Positions 42,167 to 52,712 of a stretch of 64,000 nt of DNA are shown here, one piece after another (positions within the stretch are counted from its first letter, which is position 1; the number at the start of each line of letters is the position of its first letter). The DNA is taken from NCBI GenBank assembly GCA_963827755.1, contig CAWHCQ010000035.1, forward strand, positions 1 through 64,000, in the 5' to 3' direction. This DNA is from an uncultured Gammaproteobacteria bacterium (GTDB lineage Bacteria; Pseudomonadota; Gammaproteobacteria; UBA9214). Under the pieces are notes generated by a model that worked only from the letters and a program-made list of their open reading frames with translations, ran no database searches and had not been told where the DNA came from. The position numbers and the translations under genes are program-made.

Positions 42167-43222
42167 TCAAGCATCGGCCGGCAGGCTGGCATGGAATTTG
42201 TCCAGTTTTGCACGATCGGGCGCCGCGACGACACCCGCCTCCGTCACCAGGTAGTCGACCAGTCCGGCCGGGGTGACATCAAATGCCGGGTTCCAGGCCG
42301 TCGCCCCCGCAGCTGCCAGTGCATGACCGGAGAAGGTCAGTACCTCACTCGCCGGGCGCTCTTCGATGGTCACCTGCCGGCCGTCCGGCATATCCATATC
42401 CAGCGTCGACAGCGGCGCCACCACCATCATTTTCACACCGTGAAAACGACATGCCAGCGCCAGCGAATAGGTCCCGATCTTGTTGATGACGTCACCATTC
42501 GCGGCAACCCGGTCCGCTCCCGTGATGACCCATTGCACTCGCCCGGTCTGCATCAGGAACGCCCCAGCACTGTCCGTAATCAGGATTACCGGGATCTCGT
42601 CGCGGTGAAGTTCCCAGGCCGTCAGGCGCGCGCCCTGCAACCAGGGGCGCGTCTCTCCGGCATACACCTTTGCAAGCTTTCCGGCCGCCCAGGCGCTGCG
42701 TATTACACCCAGCGCAGTGCCGTAACCTCCGGTTGCCAGCGAGCCGGTATTACAGTGCGTCAGGACGGAATCACCCTTATTTACAAGCTTTTCGCCATAT
42801 TCACCCATGCGGTGATTCGCATCGATATCGGCATTGTGTATCTGCCTGGCCTCGGCCAGCAACGCGGCAACCGGGTCGGTATTCTGCCTGGCCAGGCATT
42901 GCTGCATTCGCTGCAACGCCCACACCAGGTTTACGGCGGTGGGCCGGGCCGCCGCCAGGGTGTGAATATCCTGTTGCAGCAGCGCCTGCCAGTTATTCGG
43001 GGACTGCTCGAGATGACGACGTGCCGCCAGCACCACGGCGTAGGCCGCGGTGATCCCGATGGCCGGTGCGCCACGTACAACCATATCCCGGATTGCCCCT
43101 GCCACGGAGCCGGCCTCCGTCAGGCAGAGGTAATGCTCCTCATGCGGGAGACGGCGCTGGTCGAGCAGACGCAGGCCGGCATCGGTCCATTCAATAGCAA
43201 AAAACGAGCTTCGTTTTGACAT
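42167..43222 (-). CDS. mtnA: Methylthioribose-1-phosphate isomerase
   Basis: LDQRRLP; [10 protein letters not shown]; RPTAVNL; [10 protein letters not shown]; NPAFDVTP. Confidence 0.96.
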   Translation of the reverse strand: MSKRSSFFAIEWTDAGLRLLDQRRLPHEEHYLCLTEAGSVAGAIRDMVVRGAPAIGITAAYAVVLAARRHLEQSPNNWQALLQQDIHTLAAARPTAVNLVWALQRMQQCLARQNTDPVAALLAEARQIHNADIDANHRMGEYGEKLVNKGDSVLTHCNTGSLATGGYGTALGVIRSAWAAGKLAKVYAGETRPWLQGARLTAWELHRDEIPVILITDSAGAFLMQTGRVQWVITGADRVAANGDVINKIGTYSLALACRFHGVKMMVVAPLSTLDMDMPDGRQVTIEERPASEVLTFSGHALAAAGATAWNPAFDVTPAGLVDYLVTEAGVVAAPDRAKLDKFHASLPADA

Positions 43223-43383
43223 CGGCTGTTATTGTCCTTTCCACGCCGGTACGGAATCGGGTATTCTACTGATTCCTTCAGAAAAAAACCGTCATGGGGG
43301 CTGGTTTCGTTCTGAATATGTGTCTAGAATATGCGGCAGGAAAATTTGTTTTCCCAAATCAACAATCCACAGGAGTGGCCAAA

Positions 43384-44019
43384 ATGAAACATGACTATCA
43401 CATTGGAAGGCTGATCGCCTCAATTGCTGCCGGGATGCTGCTTGCAAATGTTGCATATGCACATGATGCCGGCACCACCAATGACAGTTACGTAGGTGAT
43501 TCACAAAAACACTACATCACTCACAGCACCGGCGACTGCGTCCGTACTGGCCACTGGAAGAAAGAGGATCAGACGGTAGACTGCGGTGCAGTACCGGTTG
43601 CCAAGGCACCACCACCGCCACCGCCACCACCACCGCCACCGCCACAGCCGAGCTATGAAACATTTTCGCTCGCTGCTGAAGCACTGTTCGATCATGACAA
43701 GTCAATGCTGAAACCGGCAGGTAAAGCTTCCGTTAGTTCCATGGTCGACAAGATCAAGAGCAGGGGCGTATCGGTCACAAGCATCGATGTTGTTGGCCAC
43801 ACGGACAGCGACGGAACCGAAGAGTACAACCAGGGACTCTCCATCCGACGCGCAACGTCGGTCAGGGACTACATGGTCGGCCTGGGCATCGACCCTCGCC
43901 TCGTCAAGGTCAGCGGCAGGGGCGAATCCAGTCCGGTTGCCAGCAACAAGACGCGTGAAGGTCGTGCACAGAACCGTCGCGTTGACATTCGTGTCGGTGT
44001 GAAGCGCAGATCAAACTAA
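43384..44019 (+). CDS. OmpA-family peptidoglycan-binding protein with Pro-rich linker
   Basis: AGGAG SD; signal peptide; GDCVRTG.W; poly-Pro linker; GHTDS; LS.RRA; NRRV. Confidence 0.93.
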   Translation: MKHDYHIGRLIASIAAGMLLANVAYAHDAGTTNDSYVGDSQKHYITHSTGDCVRTGHWKKEDQTVDCGAVPVAKAPPPPPPPPPPPPQPSYETFSLAAEALFDHDKSMLKPAGKASVSSMVDKIKSRGVSVTSIDVVGHTDSDGTEEYNQGLSIRRATSVRDYMVGLGIDPRLVKVSGRGESSPVASNKTREGRAQNRRVDIRVGVKRRSN

Positions 44020-44043
44020 AACATCAGTTTAAACTGTAACAAC

Positions 44044-44079
44044 AAACCCATCGCCCGTTTTCGGGTGGTGGGTTTTTTT
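44044..44079 (+). terminator. Rho-independent terminator
   Basis: AAACCCATCGCCCG-TTTT-CGGGTGGTGGG-TTTTTTT. Confidence 0.85.
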
Positions 44080-44102
44080 ATGTTACAAATGGAGAATACT
44101 TA

Positions 44103-44924
44103 ATGGATCTTGAGAAATTTCTTAATCCGGAAATGATCACTACCTACCTCGTGCCCTGGGGCATACGCATTGTATCGGCCCTGGCGGTCTTTGTTATTGG
44201 ACGCTGGATCATAAAAATAGTGGTTCGCTTCGCCGAACGCATGATGCAAAAGGCCCACGTAGACAAAATGCTGACGACGTTTACGGGCAACATTTTAAAT
44301 GCCGTCCTGCTGGTTGTGGTAGTCATTGCCGCCCTTGATCAGCTCGGCATACAAACCACCTCGCTGCTTGCCGTGTTTGGCGCCGCCGGCCTGGCCATCG
44401 GACTGGCACTGAAGGATTCACTGGCCAATTTCTCTTCCGGGGTCATGCTGATTGTCTTCCGTCCATTCAAGGTGGGCGACTTTATCGAGGCGGCAGGTAT
44501 TAGTGGTGTGGTGGAAGAGGTACGTATTTTCAGCACGATGCTGCGTACCGGCGATAATCGCGAAATCATTATTCCCAACAGTCAGATATACGATAGCCCG
44601 ATTATCAATGTATCCGCACGCACAACCCGGCGCATCGACATGGTGTTTGGTATCGGCTATGAGGATGACCTGCGCAAGGCAAAACAGTTGATTGAAGCTG
44701 CCTTTGCGGCAGACACACGCATTCTTGATGACCCCGCAGCGGCCGTCAGCGTTGCAGAACTTGCCGACAGCAGCGTCAACATCAATGCCCGGCCCTGGGT
44801 CAAGTCTGAAGACTACTGGGCGGTGCGCTCGGACCTGTTGGAAAACATCAAACTTTCTTTTGACAGCAATGGCATCAGCATTCCCTACCCGCAGCAGGAT
44901 GTACACATGCATAACGCGGCATGA
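44103..44924 (+). CDS. mscS: Small-conductance mechanosensitive channel
   Basis: GAAGLAIGLALKDSLANF; RPFKVGD; IPYPQQDV. Confidence 0.95.
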   Translation: MDLEKFLNPEMITTYLVPWGIRIVSALAVFVIGRWIIKIVVRFAERMMQKAHVDKMLTTFTGNILNAVLLVVVVIAALDQLGIQTTSLLAVFGAAGLAIGLALKDSLANFSSGVMLIVFRPFKVGDFIEAAGISGVVEEVRIFSTMLRTGDNREIIIPNSQIYDSPIINVSARTTRRIDMVFGIGYEDDLRKAKQLIEAAFAADTRILDDPAAAVSVAELADSSVNINARPWVKSEDYWAVRSDLLENIKLSFDSNGISIPYPQQDVHMHNAA

Positions 44925-45010
44925 AAACTCCGTGCGGGAGCACAGGGTCTCCCGCACAGACATCCCCTCCGCTATACTTTTACCCTGAGCGAAACCAGTG
45001 AAGCCATTGC

Positions 45011-46357
45011 ATGCAAGCCGTTGACACCCTTATTCACAGTCGCTGGATCGCTCCGGTTGAACCGGAGGCCACGCTGTATGAATACCACAGCCTTGCAATC
45101 CGCGAGGGCCGCATCCTGGAAATTCTGCCTGCACAAGAGGCACGCAGCCGTTACCAGGCAGATGTGGAACTCGAGCTGAACGAGCACCTGCTGATCCCGG
45201 GCCTGGTCAATGCCCACACCCATGCAGCCATGTCCCTGTTGCGCGGCCTCGGCGATGACCTGCCCCTGAATGAATGGCTGAATGAGCACATCTGGCCGGC
45301 AGAATCGCACTGGGTCAACGAGGAATTCGTCCACGACGGTACGCAGCTTGCCATGGCGGAAATGCTGCGCAGCGGCACTACCTGCTTTAACGATATGTAT
45401 TTCTATCCCGATGTCGCGGCACGTGCAGCTGCGAATTGCGGCATGCGTGCCTGTATCGGCCTGATCGTGCTGGACTTCCCCAGCGTCTGGGCAAACGACG
45501 CCAACGAATACATCTCGAGAGGACTGGCCGTTCACGACAACTATCGCGCCGACCCCCTGATCAGCACCGTGTTTGCCCCGCATGCACCCTACACCGTTTC
45601 TGACGAACCCCTGCAGCACATCCGCATGCTCGCCGACGAGCTCGACATCGGCATTCATATGCATGTTCATGAAACCGCCAGTGAAATAGACACTGCAGTG
45701 GAATTGACCGGTAAACGTCCACTGGCGCGACTGCAGGAGCTCGGGCTCGTTTCCCCCGGCATGATTGCCGTACATATGACCCGGCTCTCGGCAGACGAGA
45801 TCAAGCTTTATGCCAACGGCGGCGGGCACGTGGTGCACTGTCCCGAGTCCAACATGAAACTGGCAAGCGGGGTTTGCCCTCTGCAGTCACTGCTTGCAGC
45901 AGGAATCAATGTCGCACTCGGCACCGATGGTGCTGCCAGCAATAATGATCTCGATATGCTTGGCGAGATGCGCAGCGCCGCGTTGCTTGGCAAGGTCATA
46001 TGTGATGATGCCAGCGTCCTGCCCGCACACGAGATGCTGCGCATCGCGACCCTCAACGGTGCAAAAGCGCTTGGCCTCGGCGAGGAAACCGGTTCCCTGA
46101 TTCCCGGCAAGTGGGCAGACATAACCGCTGTACGACTGGACACCCTGGAAACCCGTCCCGTATATGACCCGGTCTCGGCGCTAATATACGCCTGCGGAAG
46201 GGAACAGGTGACCGATGTCTGGGTGGCCGGGCAGCACCTGCTCAAGGAGCGGCAGCTGACGACGCTTGACAGCGACAACATTCTCGACAAGACCCATGCA
46301 TGGCAAATGAAAATCGGCAGCCACGCACACCTCGGCAACAGGAGTGGCAAGCAATGA
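45011..46357 (+). CDS. mtaD: TRZ/ATZ-family amidohydrolase (probable MTA/SAH deaminase)
   Basis: PGLVNAHTH; HMHVHET; HCPESNMKLASG; GTDGAASNN; near mtnA and coupled to ubiG. Confidence 0.85.
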   Translation: MQAVDTLIHSRWIAPVEPEATLYEYHSLAIREGRILEILPAQEARSRYQADVELELNEHLLIPGLVNAHTHAAMSLLRGLGDDLPLNEWLNEHIWPAESHWVNEEFVHDGTQLAMAEMLRSGTTCFNDMYFYPDVAARAAANCGMRACIGLIVLDFPSVWANDANEYISRGLAVHDNYRADPLISTVFAPHAPYTVSDEPLQHIRMLADELDIGIHMHVHETASEIDTAVELTGKRPLARLQELGLVSPGMIAVHMTRLSADEIKLYANGGGHVVHCPESNMKLASGVCPLQSLLAAGINVALGTDGAASNNDLDMLGEMRSAALLGKVICDDASVLPAHEMLRIATLNGAKALGLGEETGSLIPGKWADITAVRLDTLETRPVYDPVSALIYACGREQVTDVWVAGQHLLKERQLTTLDSDNILDKTHAWQMKIGSHAHLGNRSGKQ

Positions 46358-47061
46358 CCGGGACCTCGATTAATATCGATCAGAACGAACTCGACAAATT
46401 CGAAAAACTTGCGGGGCGCTGGTGGGACCCGCACAGTGAGTTCAAGCCCCTGCACGATATCAACCCGCTGCGACTCGATTATATCGACCGGCATGCTCCC
46501 CTGCATGGCAAACAGGTTATTGATGTCGGCTGCGGCGGCGGCCTGTTGACCGAGGGCATGGCCGCACGGGGTGCGCTGGTAACCGGCATTGATATGGGCA
46601 AGGCACCCCTGGGTGTTGCCCGGTTGCATCAGCACGAATCCGGGCTGGAAATCGAATACCGGCAAACAACGGTGGAACAGCTGGTCGAAGAACAGGCGGG
46701 AAGCTTTGATATCGTGACCTGCATGGAAATGCTGGAACATGTACCTGACCCGGCGCTGACGATCTCGAGCTGTGCAAAACTGCTCAAGGATGACGGCAGC
46801 CTGTTTCTCTCGACTATAAACAGGAATCCGAAGTCCTACCTGTTCGCGGTCCTCGGCGCAGAATACATTCTCGGACTCCTGCCAAAAGGCACCCATGACT
46901 ACAGCCGTTTTATTCGACCCTCTGAAATGGAATCGTGGACCCGCGAAAACGGTTTGCAGCTGACCGATATGACCGGTCTCGTCTATAATCCGCTGACCCG
47001 GGAATACAGGCTGAACAGTGATGTATCAGTCAACTACATGGCCTGTTTCCGGAAGGCCTGA
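46354..47061 (+). CDS. ubiG: Ubiquinone biosynthesis O-methyltransferase
   Basis: RWWDP.SEFKPLHDINPLR; DVGCGGGLL; CMEMLEHVPDP. Confidence 0.97.
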   Translation: MTGTSINIDQNELDKFEKLAGRWWDPHSEFKPLHDINPLRLDYIDRHAPLHGKQVIDVGCGGGLLTEGMAARGALVTGIDMGKAPLGVARLHQHESGLEIEYRQTTVEQLVEEQAGSFDIVTCMEMLEHVPDPALTISSCAKLLKDDGSLFLSTINRNPKSYLFAVLGAEYILGLLPKGTHDYSRFIRPSEMESWTRENGLQLTDMTGLVYNPLTREYRLNSDVSVNYMACFRKA

Positions 47062-47067
47062 CTGCTG

Positions 47068-47754
47068 ATGCCGGTTACCCCAGTCCGGACATCCGGTAAA
47101 ATTCGCACAGTGCTGTTCGATCTCGATGGCACCCTGCTCGATACCGCGCCGGACCTCGCGCAGGCCCTGAATGCCGTACTCCTCGAAAATAACAAACCGG
47201 TCCTGCCCTATGAAGCCATCAGGCCGGTCGTCTCACATGGCGGCATCGCACTGATAAAACTGGGCTTTGAACTTGAACCGTCAGATTCCGCCTTCGAGCC
47301 CTTAAGGCAACGCCTGCTGGAAGTCTACCGTGAGAACATCTCCAGCCTGACGCTGCCATTTCCGGGCATCACAGACTTGCTGGAAGCGCTTGACAGTCGC
47401 GGCATCAACTGGGGCGTCGTTACCAACAAACCCGGCTGGCTGACAGACCCGCTGCTGAAAGATCTGGGGCTGTATAACCGCGCCGTGGTCGTGGTCAGCG
47501 GCGACACACTGGATGAACGCAAGCCCCACCCGGCACCCATGCTGCACGCCTGCAACCTGGCCGGCAGCGAACCCGAAAGCTGCGTCTATATTGGAGATGC
47601 AAAACGCGACATAGAAGCCGGGGTCAATGCAGGCATGCACACACTGGTCGCGCTGTTCGGCTACCTGCATGAAAGTGACGACCCGCAGAACTGGCATGCC
47701 GACGACATGATCGAGACCCCGATGGAACTGCTCGCCTGGCTGGACAACAGGTGA
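47068..47754 (+). CDS. HAD phosphatase (Gph/MupP-like)
   Basis: LFDLDGTLLDTAPD; VTNKP; KPHP; YIGD..RDI; directly after ubiG. Confidence 0.9.
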   Translation: MPVTPVRTSGKIRTVLFDLDGTLLDTAPDLAQALNAVLLENNKPVLPYEAIRPVVSHGGIALIKLGFELEPSDSAFEPLRQRLLEVYRENISSLTLPFPGITDLLEALDSRGINWGVVTNKPGWLTDPLLKDLGLYNRAVVVVSGDTLDERKPHPAPMLHACNLAGSEPESCVYIGDAKRDIEAGVNAGMHTLVALFGYLHESDDPQNWHADDMIETPMELLAWLDNR

Positions 47755-47790
47755 ACCAACGTATACACAACAGTGCTATCATCGACAGCC

Positions 47791-49071
47791 ATGTCAACTG
47801 AAGCAGTTACTGCTTATATCCCGCTGCTGTTACTCGCCGCTGCCACCGGTGCACTCATTACCTACATATATTTCAACCCACGCCTGAACCGGGTGCGCGA
47901 CAGGTGCACACAACTGGCCACGGCGCTGGAATTCGAGCACAAGGCCGCCGCCGACCGGCAGGCCGTATACCGGCAGCTTGATCAGCAGTTCAAGGACACC
48001 TTCAACGCCATGGCGGCGGATGCGCTCAGGAACAACAATACCCAGTTCCTGCGCCTGGCGAAGGAAAATCTTGAAAAGCTGCAAATAAAATCCGCCGGCG
48101 AACTGGAAAAACGCGAAAAGGCCGTCGAGAATCTTGTCAGGCCGATACGCGATGCCCTGGAAAAAACGGAGTCGCAGGTGCGCAGGATGGAGGCCGATCG
48201 CCAGCTGGCACATGGCGCATTGACCAAACACCTGGAAACCATCGCCGAATCGCATCGTACCCTGCAAGGCGAAACACGTAACCTGGTGCAGGCGCTCAGG
48301 CGTCCGGAAGTTCGCGGACAATGGGGAGAACTGACCCTGAAGCGCCTCGCGGAACTCGCCGGCATGGTCGAGCATTGCGACTTTTTCGAGCAGGAATCCG
48401 TTGCCTGTGACCAGGGAATGCAGCGACCGGACATGGTCGTGCGCATGCCGGGCAAGCGGGATATTATCGTCGACGCCAAGACCCCGCTGGATTCCTACCT
48501 GTCGGCCATTGAAGCCGGCAATGAGGCAGACCGGGTCAAACACCTTGAAAACCACGCGCGCAATGTACGCGCCCGCGTCAGGGAATTATCCAACAAGCGC
48601 TACTGGCAACAGTTCAGCGACAGCCCGGATTTTGTCGTGCTGTTCATCCCCGGCGACCAGTTCCTCGGCGCCGCCCTTGATACTGATCGCACACTGATCG
48701 AGGACGCCCTCTCGGGGCATGTCATTCTCGCCACGCCGACCAGCCTTGTCGCCCTGTTGCGCGCCGTTGCCTATGGCTGGCGCCAGGAGACGCTGGCCGA
48801 GAATGCCGAGGCCATCCGCGAGGTGGGCCAGGAAATGTTTGCCCGCCTGACAAAATTCGCCTCGCACCTCACGAAACTGGGACGCAGCCTGGACAACAGC
48901 GTCGAGGCCTACAACAGGGCTGTCGGTTCCTACGACACGCGCATCCTGCCGGGGGCGCGGAAATTCACGGAAATGGGCGTGACTGCAAAGGAAGCCCCCG
49001 CGGGACCGGATCAAATAGAACGCGCAACCCGCAACATCGAGTCCTGCGAGGAAACCGGTAACAGGCACTAG
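47791..49071 (+). CDS. rmuC: DNA recombination protein RmuC
   Basis: RGQWGE.TL; RPDMVV.MP; VDAKTPL; PDFVVLFIPGDQF; ATPTSL. Confidence 0.93.
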   Translation: MSTEAVTAYIPLLLLAAATGALITYIYFNPRLNRVRDRCTQLATALEFEHKAAADRQAVYRQLDQQFKDTFNAMAADALRNNNTQFLRLAKENLEKLQIKSAGELEKREKAVENLVRPIRDALEKTESQVRRMEADRQLAHGALTKHLETIAESHRTLQGETRNLVQALRRPEVRGQWGELTLKRLAELAGMVEHCDFFEQESVACDQGMQRPDMVVRMPGKRDIIVDAKTPLDSYLSAIEAGNEADRVKHLENHARNVRARVRELSNKRYWQQFSDSPDFVVLFIPGDQFLGAALDTDRTLIEDALSGHVILATPTSLVALLRAVAYGWRQETLAENAEAIREVGQEMFARLTKFASHLTKLGRSLDNSVEAYNRAVGSYDTRILPGARKFTEMGVTAKEAPAGPDQIERATRNIESCEETGNRH

Positions 49072-49116
49072 CGGCCACCCGCCATCCCCTTTTTTTCAGC
49101 GTATCCTGACCAAAAT

Positions 49117-49135
49117 AATGTAAATTTGTTACATT
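49117..49135. promoter_or_regulatory. Palindromic operator AATGTAA-N5-TTACATT
   Basis: Perfect 7-bp inverted repeat upstream of the sRNA candidate; half-sites resemble GacA/UvrY boxes but spacing differs. Confidence 0.5.
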
Positions 49136-49189
49136 TTCCGTGTGTACTCATAGACAGTTTTTTCACTCTGCCCGGCAGGACAATATTAG

Positions 49190-49353
49190 TTCCAGGGAGG
49201 TAGATTGCGGCAGGGAAGCCACCCCCGGTTTCCCTGTCGGCAAGGATGTAACAGTCTTCCTGGTTTCCTTGTCGTTACACGGACCGTAACGTTACTTTCT
49301 CAGGGACGCGATGTTTGTACCCCCTTTCTGCCCACTCCGGTGGGCATTTTTTT
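49190..49353 (+). ncRNA. Candidate CsrB/RsmY/RsmZ-type CsrA-titrating sRNA
   Basis: GGA motifs CAGGGAG, GGC-AGGGAA-GCC, CAAGGATG, GTTAC-ACGGACC-GTAAC and CAGGGAC, followed by an intrinsic terminator. 5' end approximate. Confidence 0.6.
49329..49353 (+). terminator. Rho-independent terminator
   Basis: TGCCCAC-TCCG-GTGGGCA-TTTTTTT. Confidence 0.85.
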
Positions 49354-49428
49354 GTCTCATCCCGCAGCTGCCTGCACACATCGCGCTGTTCCACCCGATC
49401 TCTCCTGCCGGTATAATCTGCACCAGCG

Positions 49429-50190
49429 ATGAGCACAGCAACAACAATTCCCCCGGGCTGGACCGCCACCCCCGGCTTGTTAAAAGACCGGGCAATACTG
49501 GTTACCGGTGCCGCCAACGGCATTGGCCGTGCACTGGGTACAGCCCTTGCCGCACACGGTGCAGCGACCATTCTGCTGGACAAGGATGTCCATGGCCTCG
49601 AACAGGCCTACGATGAAATAGTTGCCGCCGGCCACCCGGAACCCGCCCTTTACCCGCTTGATCTCAAGGGTGCCTTGCCCGGCGACTACGCCGATCTCGC
49701 CGCAATCCTGGAAAGAGAATACCAGGGCCTGGATGGACTGGTTCACAATGCCGCCCAGCTGGGTGCACTGGTACCGCTTGCCAATTTTGATGACGAGATG
49801 TGGTTCGAGACACTGCAGGTCAACCTCAATGCCCCCTACCTGCTGACCCTGGCCTGCCTCGAGCTGATGAACAGGCGCGCAGATGCATCAATCATATTCA
49901 GCTCCGATGCCAGCGGACGCCACGGCAAGGCCTACTGGGGTGCCTACGGGGTCTCCAAGGCGGGGCTCGAGGGACTCATGCAGATACTCGCCGATGAGCT
50001 GGAAACCAATTCCCCGGTGCGTGTCAACAGCATCGATCCGGGACCGGTGCGCACGGCAATGAGAAGCCTGGCCTACCCGGGAGAGGATGCGGCTGCGCTG
50101 AATGCACCGAAAGATGTTGTTGACCCGTTTCTCTACCTGCTGGGGCCTGATAGCCGGGGAATCAGCGGGCGGCAATATACGGTTACATAA
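49429..50190 (+). CDS. yciK: YciK-family SDR oxidoreductase
   Basis: LVTGAANGIG; YWGAYGVSK; PG.VRT.MR..AYPGED. Confidence 0.9.
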   Translation: MSTATTIPPGWTATPGLLKDRAILVTGAANGIGRALGTALAAHGAATILLDKDVHGLEQAYDEIVAAGHPEPALYPLDLKGALPGDYADLAAILEREYQGLDGLVHNAAQLGALVPLANFDDEMWFETLQVNLNAPYLLTLACLELMNRRADASIIFSSDASGRHGKAYWGAYGVSKAGLEGLMQILADELETNSPVRVNSIDPGPVRTAMRSLAYPGEDAAALNAPKDVVDPFLYLLGPDSRGISGRQYTVT

Positions 50191-50220
50191 ATATACCCTC
50201 TGGTGCTTTCTCCTCCTTCT

Positions 50221-50830
50221 GTTGATGCGCCTTGCAGGCGGGTTTTATTTGGATGCGGGCTCTCGCGCCCGCCGGCGAGGTACTTTTCTTTGCTCCGCCA
50301 AAGAAAACGTATCCAAAAGAAAGGCGACCCGGAGGTGCAGCCCGAATACTCATTTTCAATGAGTATTCGGGTTCCCTGCGCTTCTCGCGAAAACCGGCGC
50401 ATGCGCAACTCGCAATCTCGCTGCGCTCGAAAGCTCAAACAGGGCGCATGCTTCATCCGGTTTTCACTGCGATGCTCGGCTGCGCCTACGGGAGGGGTAG
50501 ATCAACCCCCATACTCGGCGAGTATGGGGGTTTGATCTACCCCTCCCGTAGCACTCACCGAGTACCGCAGCCAATCCGGGGAATAGCCGCGCACCCTGTC
50601 TGAGCTTTCGAGCGCAGCGAGATTGCGAGTTGTGCGCGGCCCCCGGATTGGCGAGGAACGCAGGGGACCGGATTAGGCAAGACAGCGTTGCTGTCTTGCC
50701 TAATACGGTGAGTGCTCCGGGTGCCCTTCTCTTTGGGTACTTTCTCTTGGGCAAGCAAGAGAAAGTACCTCGCCGCGCGGGCGCGAAAGCCCGCATCCAA
50801 ATAAAACCAGCGCCTGCAAGGCGCCCCAAC
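50221..50830. repeat. ~600-bp imperfect nested palindrome (two inverted ~300-bp structured units)
   Basis: Ends GCGCCTTGCAGGCG..GGTTTTATTTGGATGCGGGCT and AGCCCGCATCCAAATAAAACCAGCGCCTGCAAGGCGC; centre CCCCCATACTCG-G-CGAGTATGGGGG near 50518. Confidence 0.9.
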
Positions 50831-50869
50831 AAAATAGCTACATTTGCAAAATCAAAGAACCGAAATCAG

Positions 50870-51996
50870 CTACTCCATAAGATTGACATGGATCCCCTGC
50901 GCCTCGAGCGCATCTGCACGCGCCGCGATGAAACGCTGGAAACTCGGCTGTTCGCGGTAGGCGGCGGAGGCCACATAATCCATGGCGGACTGCACGTGAA
51001 AGGCCTTCAGGTAGCCCTCTGTTCTGAATACTTCCCTGCCCTGCGCGTCGAAAAAAACCGCCGACGGGGCATACTGGATATTCAACTGCTTCGCCCATTG
51101 CTGCGCACTCGTTGTCCTGCCATCCATGCCTGTCAGCGGGTCCTGTGACCACATATCCAGCAACAGCACATCAAAACGCGCCAGTTGTTCACGACTCTCC
51201 GGACGCTTCAGGATATCGAGGTGCAATTCGTCGCAGGGGGCACACTCCTTTTGCTCGAACAGCACCAGCAGCGGCTTGCCACTCGCAAGCGCCTGCAGGG
51301 AGGTGCCCGGCGGCAGGTGCGCGGGATCCCGGTGCAGCACACCGCTGGCGGGCTGCGGTGCCTTTGCCGCAAGGTATTCGCGAAAGTCAGGATCATGCCC
51401 GTTATACAGGGCCGCATACTCCAGTGCCGCATCGAACCTGTGGGGCGGGTAATATCCATTCGCACGCAACACCACATTACCCTGTTCTTCAAGAAACAGC
51501 AGTGTCGGAGTGAACATGACCCGCAGCGACGCTGCAAATTTTTTCTCGGTCGTCAACTCGCCATCAAATCCGGTCACTTCACGATCGCCCCAGATATTGA
51601 TCGCCACGACCTCGAAATGCTCGCGGGTCATGGTCTCGGTCGCCTTTAGAGAGAAGTTCGTGTCCAGCAGCTTCTTGCAATAGGGACAACCGTCCTGGTA
51701 GAAATACAGCAGCACGCGTTTCCCGGCCGTGGCAGCCTCTGCAACATCTTCGCGTATATCCAGGAATGAATTGGCAAACCAGTCGGGTTTCTCGGCATAA
51801 CCCGGGTTTACCATCCCCTCGGCCAGTACCTCCGCAGAGAGATCTGCCGTTGCAGTCGATCATCCCGGGCTGTTGACGCTGCACATGCTCCGGCCACGGC
51901 AGACGGGCCGGCGTCGGGCTGCGAATCACAGGCGGCAATCAATACCAGCTGCAGCAGCAGGAATACAAGCGGCGCGGGTCTTCCGGTGATAAACAT
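50870..51996 (-). CDS. SoxW-like tandem thioredoxin-domain lipoprotein (frameshift near the N-terminus)
   Basis: PDWF..SFLD.REDV.EA; QDGCPYC and EQKECAPC; lipobox IAAC in upstream frame 51808..52005. Confidence 0.8.
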
Positions 51997-52037
51997 GAAG
52001 AACACCTCTTCAGGTCGGCAGGCTGATAGCGGTAAGC

Positions 52038-52697
52038 CTAGCAGATTCGTGCAGCAGGACAGCGTTTATTCAGCAGGCACTGCCCGCACACGGGTCGTGT
52101 CCGGCAGATGTCCTTTGCATGCTGCACAATCAGGGCGTGATACTCGTTAAACAATTCGGCATCCGCGCCGAGTATTGGCTCGATCAGCTGGCGCAGCGCC
52201 TCGTAGGGCTCGTCACCGGCGATCATGCCAAGCCGCGAAAACAGGCGCCGGGTATAGGCATCAATCACAAAAACCGGACGATTGAATGCATACAGCAGAA
52301 TATCATCTGCCGTCTCCGGCCCGATACCATGGACGGACAGGAGTGACTGACGCAAGGCATCCGTCGGGATTTTTTCAAGGGCCGCGTAACCGCCCGAATC
52401 GATATACCAGCGGCAGAAATGCCTCAGCCGCGCAGCCTTTATATTGAAATAACCGGACGGCTTCAGGCGCCGGGCAAGGTAGTCCTTGCGCACGGCAACG
52501 ATCTTCCCGGGATCAAGCAGGCCATCTGCCACCAGGTTGGCAATCGCTTTTTCAACATTCGACCAGGCGGTGTTCTGCGTCAGCACCGCACCGACCATGA
52601 TTTCAAACGGCGAATCACCCGGCCACCAGTGGCGCGGGCCGTGGCACTTATAGAGTGAATCAAAAACGAATTCGAGTGTTGCGCGGTTGCACTTCAC
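52038..52697 (-). CDS. Endonuclease III-like HhH-GPD glycosylase
   Basis: WWPGDSPFE..VGAVLTQNT; GIGPETAD; 4Fe-4S motif C..RP.C..C.L...C. Confidence 0.9.
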   Translation of the reverse strand: MKCNRATLEFVFDSLYKCHGPRHWWPGDSPFEIMVGAVLTQNTAWSNVEKAIANLVADGLLDPGKIVAVRKDYLARRLKPSGYFNIKAARLRHFCRWYIDSGGYAALEKIPTDALRQSLLSVHGIGPETADDILLYAFNRPVFVIDAYTRRLFSRLGMIAGDEPYEALRQLIEPILGADAELFNEYHALIVQHAKDICRTRPVCGQCLLNKRCPAARIC

Positions 52698-52712
52698 GAA
52701 TACCCCGGAAAT

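Noticed and set aside
42191-43219. Long antisense ORFs over mtnA and similar ones over glgP, mtaD/ubiG and yciV
   Set aside because: Shadow ORFs opposite well-supported genes.
43607-43645. CCGCCA-type repeat in the OmpA-family gene
   Set aside because: Ordinary poly-proline linker.
50102-50832. Multiple ORFs within the long palindrome
   Set aside because: Mirror-image ORFs on both strands produced by the repeat; no protein-like features.
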